Source: Felis catus (taxonomy: Eukaryota). From it: a stretch of 64,000 bases of DNA. The position numbers and the translations under genes were made by a program. Shown piece after piece: positions 13,600 to 25,178 of this stretch. The stretch spans positions 8,804,001 to 8,868,000 of the forward strand of contig NC_058368.1 of NCBI RefSeq assembly GCF_018350175.1, in the 5' to 3' direction. Each line of letters opens with the position of its first letter. Positions within the stretch are counted from its first letter, which is position 1. Below the pieces are notes generated by a model that did no database searches, was not told the DNA's origin, and worked only from the letters and a program-made list of their open reading frames with translations.

Positions 13600-13822
13600 G
13601 GGGCGCCTGGGTGGCGCAGTCGGTTAAGCGTCCGACTTCAGCCAGGTCACGATCTCGCGGTCCGTGAGTTCGAGCCCCGCGTCAGGCTCTGGGCTGATGG
13701 CTCGGAGCCTGGAGCCTGTTTCCGATTCTGTGTCTCCCTCTCTCTGCCCCTCCCCCGTTCATGCTCTGTCTCTCTCTGTCCCAAAAATAAATAAACGTTG
13801 AAAAAAAATTAAAAAAAAAAAA
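13600..13822 (+). mobile_element. Young felid Can-SINE
   Basis: CpG-intact body, long A tail, TSD aagagtgaaatca at 13586-13598 and 13823-13835. Confidence 0.95.
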
Positions 13823-13835
13823 AAGAGTGAAATCA

Positions 13836-14053
13836 GGGGCGCCTGGGTGGCTCAGTTGGTTAAGCATCTGACTTCAGCTCAGGTCGTGATCTCGTGGTCC
13901 ATGAGTTCAAGCCCCGCGTCGGGCTCTGGGCTGACAGCTCAGAGCCTGGAGCCTGTTTCAGATTCTGTGTCTCTCTCTGACCCTCCCCCGTTCATGCTCT
14001 GTCTCTCTCTGTCCCAAAAATAAATAAAGGTTAAAAAAAAATTTTAAAAAAAA
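13836..14053 (+). mobile_element. Felid Can-SINE (second of a tandem pair)
   Basis: Full body; TSD aagagtgaaatca at 13823-13835 and 14054-14066. Confidence 0.95.
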
Positions 14054-14399
14054 AAGAGTGAAATCATTGTATTCGCTCTTATTTTCAATCACTTTGAACA
14101 TAATTGTTATATTTTGTTGATACGAATTGATACATCTTTCCAAGAAAGTAAGAGAATTGTGAAACAGTTTGAAATTAGAAAAGTGGCACAAGTAAAACAA
14201 AAACCATTGCTTTGATCTTGGCATTATATGTCCATATACCTGTTGCATTACTTCCCATACTTCTCTGTGTGTTTGGCTTTTTGTATACTTTTAAAATGAA
14301 ATTCAAAGATCATGCCAGTACAAAGAAAAGTTTTAAAGCTTTCCCCGATCATTTGTGACCACTGGCCAGCCCACATGTTTCTCGTTATACTATTTGCCT

Positions 14400-15480
14400 A
14401 ATCTTAAAAACCGTAAGCCAAGAATTTGAGTTTGAAATGACCTGGGGTCTGAATAAAAGCAACATCTCCCAAGAGGAATATGTTCTCAAAGCAGGCCTCA
14501 AAGAATTCTCACAGATAGAGCTCCAGAAACAGGAGCACACAATATTTTTAAAAATCACAAAACACATACACACAAAGTCTCATGATAGAGTCAGCAGAAA
14601 CAACAAAACAGCAGACCCTCATCCAGAAGACTTCCAATATTAAAGTTGTCATCAACAGTGTTCCAAAAAAGCATGCATATTAATGTGGTTTTAGAAGAGA
14701 CAGAATCCAAAATATGATTCAGAGACTGTCAAAAACGATCAAAGAATCAAGTAGAAATTCTCAAACTTGAGAACAATTAAACCTAAAACTTAATAGAGGA
14801 GTTCAATGATGGAATAGGTAATTCATGAACTGCAGATTTGAAGAAATTACCCAGGATGTAGTCCAACAGGGTAAAGAAATGGAAAATATCAAAGAGGTTA
14901 AGAGCCATGGAGAATAGAATGAAATACATCATGATGAAATACATCATGAGAATTCCACAAAGAAGGAATAGAGAGAATTGGGAGAGGCATTATTGAAAAT
15001 GATAATGACCAAGAATTTTTCAGAATTAATAAGTGACATGAATCCTCAGACTGAGAAAAAAATGGATCGCAGTAAATAAAAAGAAATTCACTCCATAAAT
15101 ACTGTGTGGTGTAATTGCTAAACATAAAAAACAAACAGAAGATTTTTATAGCAATCATGGGGGAAAAGGAGTATCTACTAACAGAGCAACGTGGGCTAAG
15201 AGTTAACTCCTTAGAAGCAATGGAGAGCAGAGGACAATGGAATGGAAAATCCTGGGAAAATTACCCATCAGTCTACTATAGTACTCCCAGTAAAATTGTC
15301 TTTCAAAAATGTGGGGAAAATAAGGACTTTTGTAGACAAACACTGAAAGATTTACCCACCTACTGGCTCTCAATAAAGGAACTTCCAAATAAGACAGGTA
15401 GTCTCAGAAAGAGAGGTCTGAGATGGAAGAAGGAACGTTGTGTCTGGGAATGGATGTGTTTATAAGCAAGCAGTCAGCAT
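14400..15480 (+). mobile_element. Old L1M ORF1-region relic
   Basis: A-rich; the peptide at 15115-15465 (EAMESRGQWNG..PSKIVFQKCGENKDF) resembles the L1 ORF1p C-terminal domain. Confidence 0.65.
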
Positions 15481-16029
15481 GTATGAAGTATGAATGAGGA
15501 ACTCCAGTAAAACGGTGGGGGGGGGGGTGCAAAAAAGAAGAAATAAGGATGTGGTCTTTGCATTTGAAGGACATATGACTGTAGTTGAGTCCTTAAAACA
15601 TCTGTGGGCAACACAGAAATTATGAAATGGTGAACACCCAGCATTCTGGGAAAGAGCAGATCGTGTGATGTAATTACTGTGACATTTGTTTAATACACTG
15701 AGAAGACTTACTATCTAATCAGAGCAGATAATAATCTGTTCTAGAATCTGAAATCTGGCCTTTTTTCTTTCACGGACTGAATGGAGGGTCATAGGATGGC
15801 CCTTTGTCAACAATAGCCAGGATGAAGGCTAAAATGTCATGTGTTAAGTAAACCCTCTCCCCAGGAAATAGCATGTTTAGTAGTTTAGAGGTACATATGC
15901 CAGCAGAATAGGCATGGGTATGCCTTTTTAACATTTCAAATCTTATACTCTTTGCCATTATTCAAAGGAGATAGGGCATGTCTACATCCTCTGCCCCTCT
16001 TTTTCCCTTTTTAGAGATATTAGCATTTC

Positions 16030-16492
16030 CTATCTTATGTGTTGCAAATATTTTCTTCAATCTATAGATTCTTTTTACTTGGCTATGCTGTCTTTTAACA
16101 TATGTAAGATCGTGCTTTTTATGTAGTCAAATCTAAGACCATTCCTTTTATGTCTTATGAGTCTGATTTATACTTAGGAAGCCCCTCCTTCCCCAAGTTA
16201 CAATGATACTGTTAAATACTTGCCACTGATACCTTGACAGTTTTAATTTTAATGTTTAGATTTTAAATCCTTGTGTAATTTATTTTGGTACATGATTTGA
16301 GGTAGAGGATTTACCTTTCTGTTTTTCCATATAAGTAGCCCATTGATTCAACACCAGTGATTGAATTACTCAATCATTTACATGGATTTGAATTGCCACT
16401 TGTGTTGTATTATTAAGTTCTAAAAGACACGTGGCTCTGTTTCTGGTTATCTTTTTATTCCATTGATTCACATCTGCATCTGGGCCAGGACA

Positions 16493-16540
<48 letters not shown>

Positions 16541-16830
16541 ACACTTATATCTATGTATACATATGTATATACATACAGATAGAAAGAGATCTCAAGCATT
16601 TTCTCCTCATCATTATTATTTTTGAATTAATTTTCATGGCTATTCTCATACATTTTCTCTACCAGCTGAATTGTTAAAACAATTCAATTTCCCCCCTATC
16701 AAGTTTGGGATTAAAGTTTTAATTGCACTGGATTTATAGATTAATTTGCAAGAAATTGACATCTTTACAATATAGGGTCATTTACATAAGAATAAGACAT
16801 AGCCTGACCTCATTTATTCAGGACTTAAGT
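16030..16830 (-). mobile_element. Old L1M ORF2 relic containing a (CA)n microsatellite
   Basis: gttgcaaatattttct, tatgtagtcaaatct and aattgcactggatttatagattaattt motifs. Confidence 0.6.
16494..16543. repeat. (CA)n microsatellite
   Basis: Read directly from the sequence. Confidence 0.95.
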
Positions 16831-18491
16831 AATTGTGTTTGTGTGTGTGTTGTGTGTGTAAATATCCATACCTTTTTCATGTTAGTTCTGCACATGCGTG
16901 GATTTGTTATTCCTTTCAACTTCTGCCCACAACTACCTATGTAAGTTACTTACCTGTGATATTGGAGTGCTTTTTGATTATGTCACTATGCCTGGTACCA
17001 AAACCCCGCCATAGCCCCAAGAAATTTGACCATCACCTGAAAAAAGAACCATACCCAATGAATGGCATGTTCTGTACTGGAGCATGTCTGCTTGAACCAG
17101 CCAGAGGCTCCAAAGTCCAGAGACTTTGTTTTTGAGATATAATAATCAAGTCAGCAGATGACAGTGCGATCAGAAGCTGCAAACGAGAAAGCCGTAAGCA
17201 AAAGCCAAGAAGCAGCACAGTTCATGAGTACGTATAAAACATGAGAGAGAGAAATGAATACAGATACAAGGGGGCAGCAGTTGCAGAAAAACAAATAGAA
17301 AACGTAGGAAAATGCTGAATCGTGCATGTGGCCCACTTGCAAAGCAGGAAGCAAGAAACACCTGTTACTGAGGGATGATAAGATCGCCAGGGCAACCTCT
17401 TGAATAATTTATATTATTGAGCCATTCAGAGCTGTCTAGTCTTCTACGTATCCCAGTCCTCTGTGAAGTTGGTCTGCGATACTGTTCTTTCACTTCTCTG
17501 TATTTCCTTCCAATAAATACTTAAAAGCTTAAGCCTGAACTTTAGGGGGGGTAGAAAGGGAAAGGAGTTAGCTGTATGGCCTCCACCCCCGTTCTTAAAT
17601 GAGGGCCCCACCTCTCTCTCAGCAGAAAACATTGCCCTCTACTTCATCATGAAGGATAAGACTATTAAGCACGATCTCCCCCAATTTCTCACACCCCTGC
17701 TCCCCTACAAAATTATATACATCTCTGTGAACCCTTGTTTGTTTCTCACCCATCTCAGAGGATGGGCACCCTCCTTTGTTTCTAATTACATTCCTCTCCC
17801 CTTTGGCCCTGGACACATGCCTGTGCTCTTGGTCAGAGTCCACAGCTACTGCCTTGGGCCCTGCTCCATTCGTCACCCCCGCTCGCTTATTTCTTTACCT
17901 TCTCCTTCATTCCCAACTGTTCTCATGCTCCAAACAGGCTCACCTCCCTGTAATACAGCCCCTGCACTCCACACCCTGCCCCCCATCTGCCTTCTACCCA
18001 CCGTCAGCTTCTGTTCCCTCCTCCCTGTGGGCCCTGCTTTCACTGAGGGCATCTCCGTTGAGGGCCTTGGTGGCCAGTGCTGAAGGATATTTTTCAGCCC
18101 CTAAGTTGAATCACTTTGCTGACCATTGTGGTCACTCCTTAATTGTGGAAACTCTACTTCCTTAGCTTCTGATACAACACTGTTCTGATTTTCCTTGTTT
18201 TCTACCATTTCTTCTCTTCCTCTCTTTTTAAACTGGGTTCCTCTTTCCATCCCTGGATAATCCTGTCCTGGTTACTGCACGGGTGTGCTAAAGGCTCCCC
18301 AGACCCCAGCCCTGAGCCTCCCGGTTTGTGCATCCACCTCCCTGCGTGTTGTTTCCACCTGTTGCTGGAAGCATCGATTCCGCAGATCCTAAATGGTGCT
18401 CATCGGTTTCCTGCCATCCCTTCTCCCAACCTTGTTTCTTCTGGTTCATTTTGGCACTACAGTCATTGAAACCAGGAAACTGGCAGCCCTC

Positions 18492-19050
18492 TGGGATGGC
18501 TCATTTTATGTGTCAACCTTCCTAAGCCGTGGAGTGCCCAGATGTTCGCTCAAACAGTATTCTGGTGTATGTGTGGGGATGTTTCCGGATGAGGTTAACA
18601 TTTGAAAGAGTCCACTAAGTAAGGCAGCATGCCCTCTCCAAAGTGGGTGGGCCTTGTGCAATCAGTTGATTCAAAACAGCCTTTCACTGAAAAAAGGCTG
18701 AGTAAGAGAGGATTCCTTCTGCCTAACTGCCTTCAAGCTGAGACACTGGCTTTTTCCTGCCCATAGACTCAGTGAAAACGCTGGCCCTCCTGGTTCTCAG
18801 GCCTCCAGACTCAGATGGGAACCACACCATCAGCTCTCCCGAGTCTCCAGCTAGCAGACAGCTGATCATGAGACATTTTAGCCTCCATATTTGCATTAAC
18901 CAACTCCTCATAATGAATCTCTTTATGTACATAAAACAGGTTTGTTTTTTTTTTACTGTGTAACATTATACACATATATTATACATTATCTATATAACTG
19001 TGTGCATGTATGTACTGGTCCTTTTCCTCCAGAGAACCTGGACTAATACA
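18492..19050 (+). mobile_element. MLT2-type (ERVL) solo LTR
   Basis: TG..CA termini (tgggatggctcattttatgtgtcaac .. gactaataca) with perfect 5-bp TSD ccctc at 18487-18491 and 19051-19055. Confidence 0.88.
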
Positions 19051-19643
19051 CCCTCCTTGCCGTATCCTTCTCCAATTTTTTCTCATAAATATATATTCTT
19101 ACGTGTATATTTATCTTTCCAGGACACTCGGTCCGTCCTCTATCTAGTGTATTAACTGTCTGACTGCTTCCCACAGGGAGCTACCTCAAACGCCAGCCCT
19201 GCGTCTCTTTCCCTATTCAAAACCTTCTCGCAGCCCTCTGGGATAACAGGATCAACAAAATAAAGGGCCGTCTCCTTGATTTAAGATTCAAGCTTCATTC
19301 CTCTCCAAGAGATACCATTTTAACATTGCCCTTACAGCCACAGGAGGCTTCCATGGTTTATTTTCCCCAAACTGAGGCCACCCAACTGGGAGATTGATTC
19401 AGTTCTCTGCTAACACCTGTGTTAGCCCCATATCATCTCAGCCTTCCAGAACTGCTTCTACAGAGTAAACCTAGATTATGAACAAAGTGAACAAAAGGAA
19501 AAGATGGGGTCAGGGAAAGATAGGCTTTCTCCTCTCCCCCTCAGGACTTGCCTTCACAACAAAACAGAATAGGCGAGGATAAATAGCAGGGCCACCCCTC
19601 AAAAGCAGGTGTGCTCAAATTGTATTTTAAACTAAACTTCTAG

Positions 19644-20434
19644 GCCAACAGGCACATGAAAAGATGCTCAATGTCACTCCTCATCAGGGAACTACAAATC
19701 AAAACCACCCTGAGATACCACCTCACGCCGGTCAGAGTGGCCCTAATGAACAAATCAGGAAACAACAGATGCTGGAGAGGATGTGGAGAAACGGGAACCC
19801 TCTCGCACTGTTGGTGGGAATGCAAACTGGTGCAGCCGCTCTGGAAAACAGTGTGGAGGTTCCTCAAAAAATTAAAAATAGATCTACCCTATGACCCAGC
19901 AATAGCACTGCTAGGAATTCACCCAAGGGATACAGGAGTGCTGATGCATAGGGGCACGTGTACCCCAATGTTTATAGCAGCACTTTCAACAATAGCCAAA
20001 TTATGGAAAGAGCCTAAATGTCCATCAACTGATGAATGGATAAAGAAGATGTGGTTTATGTACACAATGGAATACTACTTGGCAATGAGAAAGAATGAAA
20101 TCTGGCCATCTGTAGCAACGTGGATAGAACTGGAGAGTGTTATGCTAAGTGAAATAAGTCAGGCAGAGAAAGACAGATACCATATGTTTTCACTCATATG
20201 TGGATCCTGAGAAACTCAACAGAAGACTAGGGGGGAGGGGAAGGGGGGAAAAAAAGTTACAGAGAGGGAAGGAGGCAAACCATAAGAGACTCTTAAATAC
20301 TGAGAACAAACTGAGGGTTGGTGGGGGGTGGGGAGAGGGGAAAGTGGGTGATGGGCATTGAGGAGGGCACCTGTTGGGATGAGCACTGGGTGTTGTAGGG
20401 ATACCAATTTGACAATACATTTCATATTAAAAAA
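19644..20434 (+). mobile_element. Young 5'-truncated felid L1 (ORF2 C-terminus, 3' UTR, A tail)
   Basis: Uninterrupted ORF 19656-20210 with the CWRGC..HC Cys-rich motif; perfect 15-bp TSD aaactaaacttctag at 19629-19643 and 20435-20449; tt|aaa target site. Confidence 0.95.
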
Positions 20435-21180
20435 AAACTAAACTTCTAGTAAATCAAAAATGCAGGTTTTCTTCCTCCTTCCTGAAAGCCCATTCTTCTG
20501 GAATCCTTACTTAATTCCAGAGTGTCGGGGGGGTGAGGGGGGGGCACTGGAGACAAGCTCAGTCATGACAGGTTCTTTTTGTTTTCCCTTTTATTAAATT
20601 TTACATACAGTTATTAAGCGTCAAGAAGCTTTTCTTATTGTTCACCATTCCTGTATTGGTTGTGGAACTAAAGGGTTTCTGCTTTTTCTTTATAAACTGA
20701 CTAGTAAACATTTGATTGCTGTCCATATTTCCAGGAAAAGAAAATAACCAAGCATAGATTTAATGAAGGAGTAAAATTGCCAGTGTTTCTGCCATTGGGG
20801 AGTAATTTAATGTTCTTGGGGAATTTGTGACTAATTAATTTCATTTGAATAATCAGCACTTTATAATCATGTTAAATAGCTATGGCTTAAGCATTTTGAT
20901 TTGCTTCTTAATTAAATAATTTCACCAGAACCTATATAAGATTTTTCAGCCTTAAATCATATTGACAACCTGTTCTTGATGTATTTATTATCCAAATATG
21001 AGGGCTTTTAGAAAGTGTATGAGCATCACAATTTTTTAAATAAATATCTCCAATCGAATACTGTTTCTCGTTTGTCATAACAGAAACCCAAATTACATAG
21101 CACAACCCACCCCAAAATATTAGCTTCTGAAGTTCTGTATTTTAGTCCTGCAGGGTGTAAGTGATTTATAAAAGCTTTCA

Positions 21181-21392
21181 GGGATGTCTGGGTAACTCAG
21201 TTCACTGAGAGTCCGACTCTTGATTTCAGCTCGGGTCATTATCTCATGGTTTGTGGGATCGAACCCCATGTCGGGCTCCACGCTGACAGTGTGGAACCTA
21301 CTTGGGATTCTCTCTCTCCCTCTGCCCCTCCCCTGTTCTCTGTCTCTGTCTCTCTCTCTCTCTCAAAATAAATAAGCTTTAAAAAAAAAAAA
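21181..21392 (+). mobile_element. Can-SINE
   Basis: SINE body, A tail, TSD aaaagctttca. Confidence 0.9.
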
Positions 21393-21657
21393 AGCTTTCA
21401 GGAAAGACTCTGCATATTTAGTTACAAGACAGCAGAATGATCACCCACTGCAGGTTACCACGGCAGGGGGGATATCTTGCTGCCCCTGAGATACAACCCT
21501 GCAAAGCACTGTTCTTCTGCATGTGCCATCCTCCAGACATTCAGAATGTACAAAGAATTTCATGATGAAAACGGCTTGCTAGTTATCTTAGTTTAATAAA
21601 CATTAACATCTTGCCATGTTTGCTTTTGATATTTTATTTTAAAAATAAAATATTTCA

Positions 21658-21829
21658 GGGGCGCCTGGGTGGCTCAGTAGGTGAAGTGTCTGACTTCAGC
21701 TCAGGTCATGATCTTGCGGTCCGTGAGTTCGAGCCCCGCGTCGGGTTCTGTGCTGACAGCTCGGAACCTGGGGCCTGCTTCAGATTCTGTGTGTGTCTCT
21801 CTCTTTGCCCCACCTTCGTTTGCACCCTG

Positions 21830-21876
<47 letters not shown>

Positions 21877-21897
21877 AATAAACATTAAAAAAATAAT
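21658..21897 (+). mobile_element. Can-SINE with long (CT)n
   Basis: ggggcgcctgggtggctcag head; TSD aataaaatatttca. Confidence 0.9.
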
Positions 21898-21979
21898 AAT
21901 AAAATATTTCAGCTAAAAGCGAAGACTTCTTTTTACCTCTCTATGACCTGATGACCTTCCCTCTCAATAAGAAACCTAC

Positions 21980-22508
21980 TGTGTGTTAACTATTGTTGCA
22001 TAACAAATTACCACAAAACCTAGTGACTTAAGACAGTAGACATTTATTACCTCACACAGTTCCTGAGGGTCAGGTGTCCAGGATAGACTTAGCTGGTAGA
22101 GAGACCAGCTGTCTCACAAGGTTGCTGTCAAGCTGTTGTCTGAAACTTCTCAGGGTCCTACTGGGGCTAAGAATCGTCCTCCACACTCACTCACATGTTG
22201 GCAGACCTCACCTCCTCGCTGGCTGGAGACTTGAGTCCTCACCACGTGGGCCTTTCCCTAGGACCGCTCACAATATGGCAGCTTGCTTTTCCCCACCAGC
22301 AACAAGTCAGAGAGAAATCGAAAATGGGATGCTAAATATGGAAGCCACAGTTGTTTACATCCTAATTTGGAGGTGACTCACCATCATTTCTGCCATGTAC
22401 TGTTGATGACAGAGACCAACCCTGATCCAGTATGGGACAGGACTCCACAACGCTCTGAATACCAGAAGGGGGAATCATTGGGGGCCATCTTGATGGCTGG
22501 CTACTACA
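21980..22508 (-). mobile_element. MLT1-type MaLR LTR
   Basis: ctattgttgcataacaaattaccacaaaacctagtgacttaa .. gctggctactaca. Confidence 0.75.
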
Positions 22509-22519
22509 ACTCCAAAAAT

Positions 22520-23290
22520 GTTTTTATATTCTTATCACAAATATTTATAGCATAAGAAATATGTAACACTGCTTTTTTGCATGTTTTTGATCGTATAAAC
22601 ATCTTACTGTGTATATCATCCTACACACGCACTTACGTTTTTGAGCTGTTCCTGTGTTGATATTATCTTACTCATCTGTTTTCTCTGTTGTATGGCATTC
22701 CACTGTGTGGAATACCATGATTTAGAGATCAAGTATTTAATGAAAAGATTGTTTTCATTTTTCACTATTGAGAATGAACTGAACGTTCTGGAGCATACCA
22801 ACTTATGTATATGTGCAAACTTTCTAAGGTATATATATTTGGAAGTGAAAAGACTGAGTCACGATGTGTATGTATCTTCAGCTCTCTTACATAGCTGCAT
22901 TGCTCTCCGAAGTGGTTGTTTTCTACCAGCTACGATGAGGGGTCCCTTTATTCCGCACGCTGACCAACAGAGATCTTATCAGACCTGAGTTTTTGTCAGT
23001 CTGTTGGTGTGAATTGTTGCTTTTGATATTTATTTTTTTATTTGCATTCAGTAATTATTTGTGGAGTCTATTCTTTATGTTTATTGATCATTTGAATTTC
23101 CTCTTCACATTCTTTGTTCTGTTTTCTATTGTGTTATTTGTCTTATTCTTACCGATTAGATGGAAGTTTTATGTGTTCTGAATACCAATCATTCCTGGTT
23201 TATATGTATTACAATAATTTTCTTCAGCTTCCGACTTTATTATCATTTTGTTTTCAGTTTCTTTTGATGAATCAAATTTCTCAGTTTTTT
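22520..23290 (-). mobile_element. Old L1M 3' region relic
   Basis: tatggcattccactgtgtggaataccatgattt and related motifs. Confidence 0.55.
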
Positions 23291-23295
23291 TAAAG

Positions 23296-23518
23296 GGTTT
23301 TTTTTTTATGTTTGATTTTATTTTTTGAGAGCTGAAGAGAGACAGAGTGCAAGTTGGGGGAGGGGCAGAGAGAGAGGGAGACACAGACTCTAAAGCAGGC
23401 TCCAGGCTCTGAGCTGTCAGCACAGAGCCTGATGCTGGGCTAGAATCCATGAATGTGAGATCATGACCTGAGCCGGAGTCGGACGCCTAAGCGTCTGACT
23501 GAGCCACCCAGATACCCT
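23296..23518 (-). mobile_element. Can-SINE
   Basis: Reverse body with T-rich tail. Confidence 0.9.
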
Positions 23519-23605
23519 TCAAATTTCTAGTTTTAATGGGAGTCAAATTTATCATTTTTCTGTATTGTTTGTACCTTTGTATGTCTTGATAAAAAACCAA
23601 AACCA

Positions 23606-23831
23606 GGGGCGCCTGGGTGGCGCAGTCGGTTAAGCGTCCGACTTCAGCCAGGTCACGATCTCGCGGTCCGTGAGTTCAAGCCCCGCGTCGGGCTCTGGGC
23701 TGATGGCTCAGAGCCTGGAGCCTCTTTCCGATTCTGTGTCTCCCTCTCTCTCTGCCCCTCCCCCGCTCATGTTCTGTCTCTCTCTGTCCCAAAAATAAAT
23801 AAACGTTGAAAAAAAAAAATTAAAAAAAAAA
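23606..23831 (+). mobile_element. Young felid Can-SINE
   Basis: CpG-intact; TSD aaaaaaccaaaacca at 23591-23605 and 23832-23846. Confidence 0.95.
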
Positions 23832-24947
23832 AAAAAACCAAAACCAAAACAAACAAACAACAACAACAGAACACCATCCCCCCTCAAAAGTCCATCCTTT
23901 GCTCACTTGTTTGCAATGAAATCAAAGTCATTTATCAAGTATCTATATGTGTGTATCTGTGTACTTACATATATTTGAAGGCATGAGTTAGTTCTGAGAC
24001 CTCCAATTCCAGCCCAACACCCTAGAGTTTATTCTGGCCTGCCCCCAACAAGGACAAACATGGCTCTCATTTTGTACAGTATATTTACTTTTTTTGCCCT
24101 TTCCTAGTATAAATAGTTTCAGTTATTCACCCACTTCTGTACAGTGCTGTCTTTAGCCTTTTACTATATAGTCAAGATACTGTTTACCAGTTACTATATT
24201 TTCTTCTTCTCCCTTTGCTTCAGTGTGGGTATGTTACTCATTTGGAAAAAAAACAAAAACAAAAAACAAACCAACAAACAAAACAAAAGAGAAACCAGGC
24301 TCATTGTTTGTATTCCATTGTGAATTGCCTATGCATCCCAGTTGGTTTCAATTATTTCTTTGCTTTAATGAGTGTGTGGTGTATTGACATGGCTTGAAGA
24401 GAATACGTGAGAAAGTATACTTGGAGAGAAGTGTCACTCTCCCTTTCTTCCTCCTATCCCATTCCTTTTCCTCATTCTGTCTACTTCATTCCCATCAGTG
24501 CCCTGGGAGGGGTGAGATGAGTTTCCGGTCCATTCTTCTTGTTACCAAAGAACAGGTACAGGTTTGTTTCCTTTTGTTCTTTCTTACCTGGAAGAGAGCA
24601 CACTACCAGTATAGATACTCTTGCTCCTTGTTGGTTTTTTTTTCTTCATTTAGCAATGTATTCCAAATAAATTTATATAAATCTTCATTCCTTTTATAAA
24701 AAAATAATTGTACAGAACTCCCTTGTGTGAATGTATCATAATTTATGAAATGACTTTCCTACATATGGGCATTTAGCTTATTTTTTAATATCTTTCAACT
24801 ACAAACAATGCTATAATGAACGCAGTGTATTGTTAGAAATGTATCTTCAAAGTAAAATCCCAGATGTACAATTTCTAGGTCAAAAAATAAGAACGTATAC
24901 AGTTTTGCTAGGTTTTACCAAGTCCTCCTATAAAATATTTGCACCAT

Positions 24948-25178
24948 GGGGCACCTGGGTAGCTCAGTTGGTTAAGCATCCAACTTCAGCTCAGGTCATG
25001 ATCTCATGGTTTGTGGGTTCGAGTCCCACGTCAGGCTCAGTGCTGACAGCTCAGAGCCTGGAGTCTGCTTAAGATTCTGTGTCTCCCTCTCTCTGTCCCT
25101 TCCCTGCTTGTGCTCACTCTCTCTCTCTCTCTCTCAAAACGAAATAAACATCAAAAATTTTTTAAATAAATGAAAAAA
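24948..25178 (+). mobile_element. Can-SINE
   Basis: TSD taaaatatttgcacca at 24931-24946 and 25179-25194. Confidence 0.92.

Noticed and set aside
13600..13690. tRNA-like A/B boxes (tggcgcagtcgg, gagttcgagccc)
   Set aside because: These are tRNA-derived Can-SINE heads, not tRNA genes.
13586..14066. Three regularly spaced direct repeats resembling a CRISPR array
   Set aside because: The repeats are 13-bp TSDs and the spacers are SINEs in mammalian DNA.
19656..20210. 184-aa ORF as a host gene
   Set aside because: It is the C-terminus of L1 ORF2 in a 5'-truncated, promoterless insertion.
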